NCBI RefSeq assembly: GCF_963921235.1
Contig: NC_086097.1
Location: 126,420,001-126,484,000 of the forward strand
Direction of reading: 5' to 3'
Length of the DNA: 64,000 nt
Source: Mobula hypostoma
Lineage: Eukaryota
The translations under genes and the position numbers were made by a program. Below, one piece after another: positions 62,755 to 64,000 of this stretch; the first letter of the stretch is position 1; every line of letters begins with the position of its first letter. The notes under the pieces were generated by a model. The model was not told where the DNA came from. It saw only the letters and a program-made list of their open reading frames with translations, and did not search any database.

Positions 62755-63065
62755 ACAACATGGCAGCATAGCGGTTAGCATTTTACAGCATCAGCTTTTG
62801 GAAAATCAGGGTTTAATTTTCAGTGCTGCATGTAAGGAGTTTGTACGATCACCCTGTGACTGCATGGGTTTCCTCCGGGTGCTCTGGATTCCTCCCACAG
62901 TCCAAAACAAAAGGGTTATTAAGTTGTAAGCATGGTATATTGGCAGAGAAAGTATTGTGACATATGTGGGCTTCACCAAGCACATTGTAAATGATGATGT
63001 AAATGACCCATTTCATTCTATGATTCAATGTTTTGATGTACGCGGGATAAATAAAGCTAATCTTT
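62755..63065 (+). mobile_element. tRNA-derived V-domain SINE
   Basis: tggcagcatagcggttagc head; gtttcctccgggtgctctggattcctcccacagtccaaa core; aataaagctaatct tail. Confidence 0.8.
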
Positions 63066-63205
63066 ACCTTTTAATTACTTGTCTCCTTCATTACTTACAT
63101 TTATTCATTGTATTGATTGACTGAAGAAGGTGTGGCTCTTGCTATGTTTTCCTTACTGAAAACTTTATCTAGATGAACAGAATTTCAAATTCTGATTTTG
63201 CCTAC

Positions 63206-63355
63206 CTGGCAGACAAATATTTCTTCCATGGAAGAGAGAATGCCATCTATTTTGGACAATATTTGGCTGGTTTTCTTTATACACGTAGAATTGGTGCAAT
63301 CCCCTTTGTACGATGGTCCTTTAGCAGACAAATCCAAGCGCACTAGTTTCATATC
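63206..63355 (-). CDS. Host gene candidate exon B (DMKLVRLDLSAKGPSYKGDCTNSTCIKKTSQILSKIDGILSSMEEIFVCQ)
   Basis: gtttaattgcatgtag acceptor, CAG|gtaggc donor, 150 nt open, phase 0->0. Confidence 0.65.
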
Positions 63356-63830
63356 CTACATGCAATTAAACAAACACGGTTGGAACTGAAGTAAATTAAT
63401 TATTCAAAATAAACTTCGCAGAGACAGAAAAGAAAGCAAGTGATGTTTCTTCCATTCTCAGAATGTTGGCAAACAATCAAGTTGTGATATACTGAGTTTC
63501 ACTGGGTTGTAACATTTGTCCTTCTTGAAACAATTGTTTGAGTGACTGGGTGTCTCATAGGGTTGGCAAGGTGTGATACAAATAATGAAATCAAATTTGT
63601 ATGCAAGTCTGTTTGGGAAAAGTTATAAATCCCTTGCTGATTTAAAAAAACTCATCCAGTCATTTTATTTCCTGATCGTTGCCCAAATCTAAGGAATTCA
63701 ATTACAGAGCCTAGCCTTCGGGGCTTGAAGCTAAATTCATGATTTATACACATTCTTTGTTTGGTATTATAACTACTAAACTACTGAATCTTTTTTTTTA
63801 TTAACAAGGCCATGATTATTTACCATGTAC

Positions 63831-63882
63831 CTTGAAATGAAAGGCATTCAAAAAAGGTGATGATTCACAATTAGCAGTCCAA
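63831..63882 (-). CDS. Host gene candidate exon A (WTANCESSPFLNAFHFK)
   Basis: tttccacag acceptor, AAG|gtacat donor, 52 nt, phase 2->0, open frame. Confidence 0.5.
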
Positions 63883-64000
63883 CTGTGGAAATGTCATTAT
63901 AATGCAACATACTCCCTTCGTGATGGTAAAGCATCAAGTAAAAGGGATTACTTTGCCAATTAACTAGTGAGTTTTGAGGTTATTATCAACATAAAATAAC

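Larger units (their letters stand above)
17510..63882 (-). pseudogene. Unidentified multi-exon host gene (5'-partial, 16 candidate exons, ~520 codons) with in-frame stops; possible decaying gene
   Basis: Sixteen segments bounded by AG acceptors and (except the last) GT donors lie in non-repeat DNA. Their phases chain 2-0,0-0,0-0,0-1,1-2,2-0,0-2,2-0,0-0,0-1,1-0,0-0,0-2,2-0,0-0,0-stop. In-frame stops fall at 44413-44415 (TAG) and 21675-21677 (TAA). Manual reconstruction, no homology search. Confidence 0.55.

Overview
Eukaryotic, AT-rich, repeat-dense vertebrate DNA, most likely from a cartilaginous fish (ray, skate or shark). That assignment is an inference from the repeat mix: abundant CR1 LINEs, V-domain/HE1-type tRNA SINEs, Penelope-like elements (PLEs) and Rex/Babar fragments. 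Nearly all long ORFs in the supplied track are transposon-derived. The main elements are (i) a multi-layer CR1 nest at 4.2-9.6 kb, (ii) a near full-length decayed L1 (30.8-38.4 kb) carrying a Buster/Charlie hAT insertion and PLE insertions, (iii) many PLE 3' ends with minimal hammerhead-ribozyme motifs, some in inverted pairs, and (iv) a complete Gypsy LTR retrotransposon with CsRn1-clade hallmarks (52.5-56.8 kb). Between the repeats I reconstructed by eye a minus-strand host gene that the ORF track does not show. It has 16 candidate GT-AG exons from 63.9 kb down to 17.5 kb with consistent intron phases, about 520 codons, and its 5' end lies outside the window. I do not recognise the protein. 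The model carries at least two in-frame stops, so it is either a decaying gene or affected by assembly errors or mis-modelled junctions. No prokaryotic systems, CRISPR arrays, rRNA or true tRNA genes were seen.
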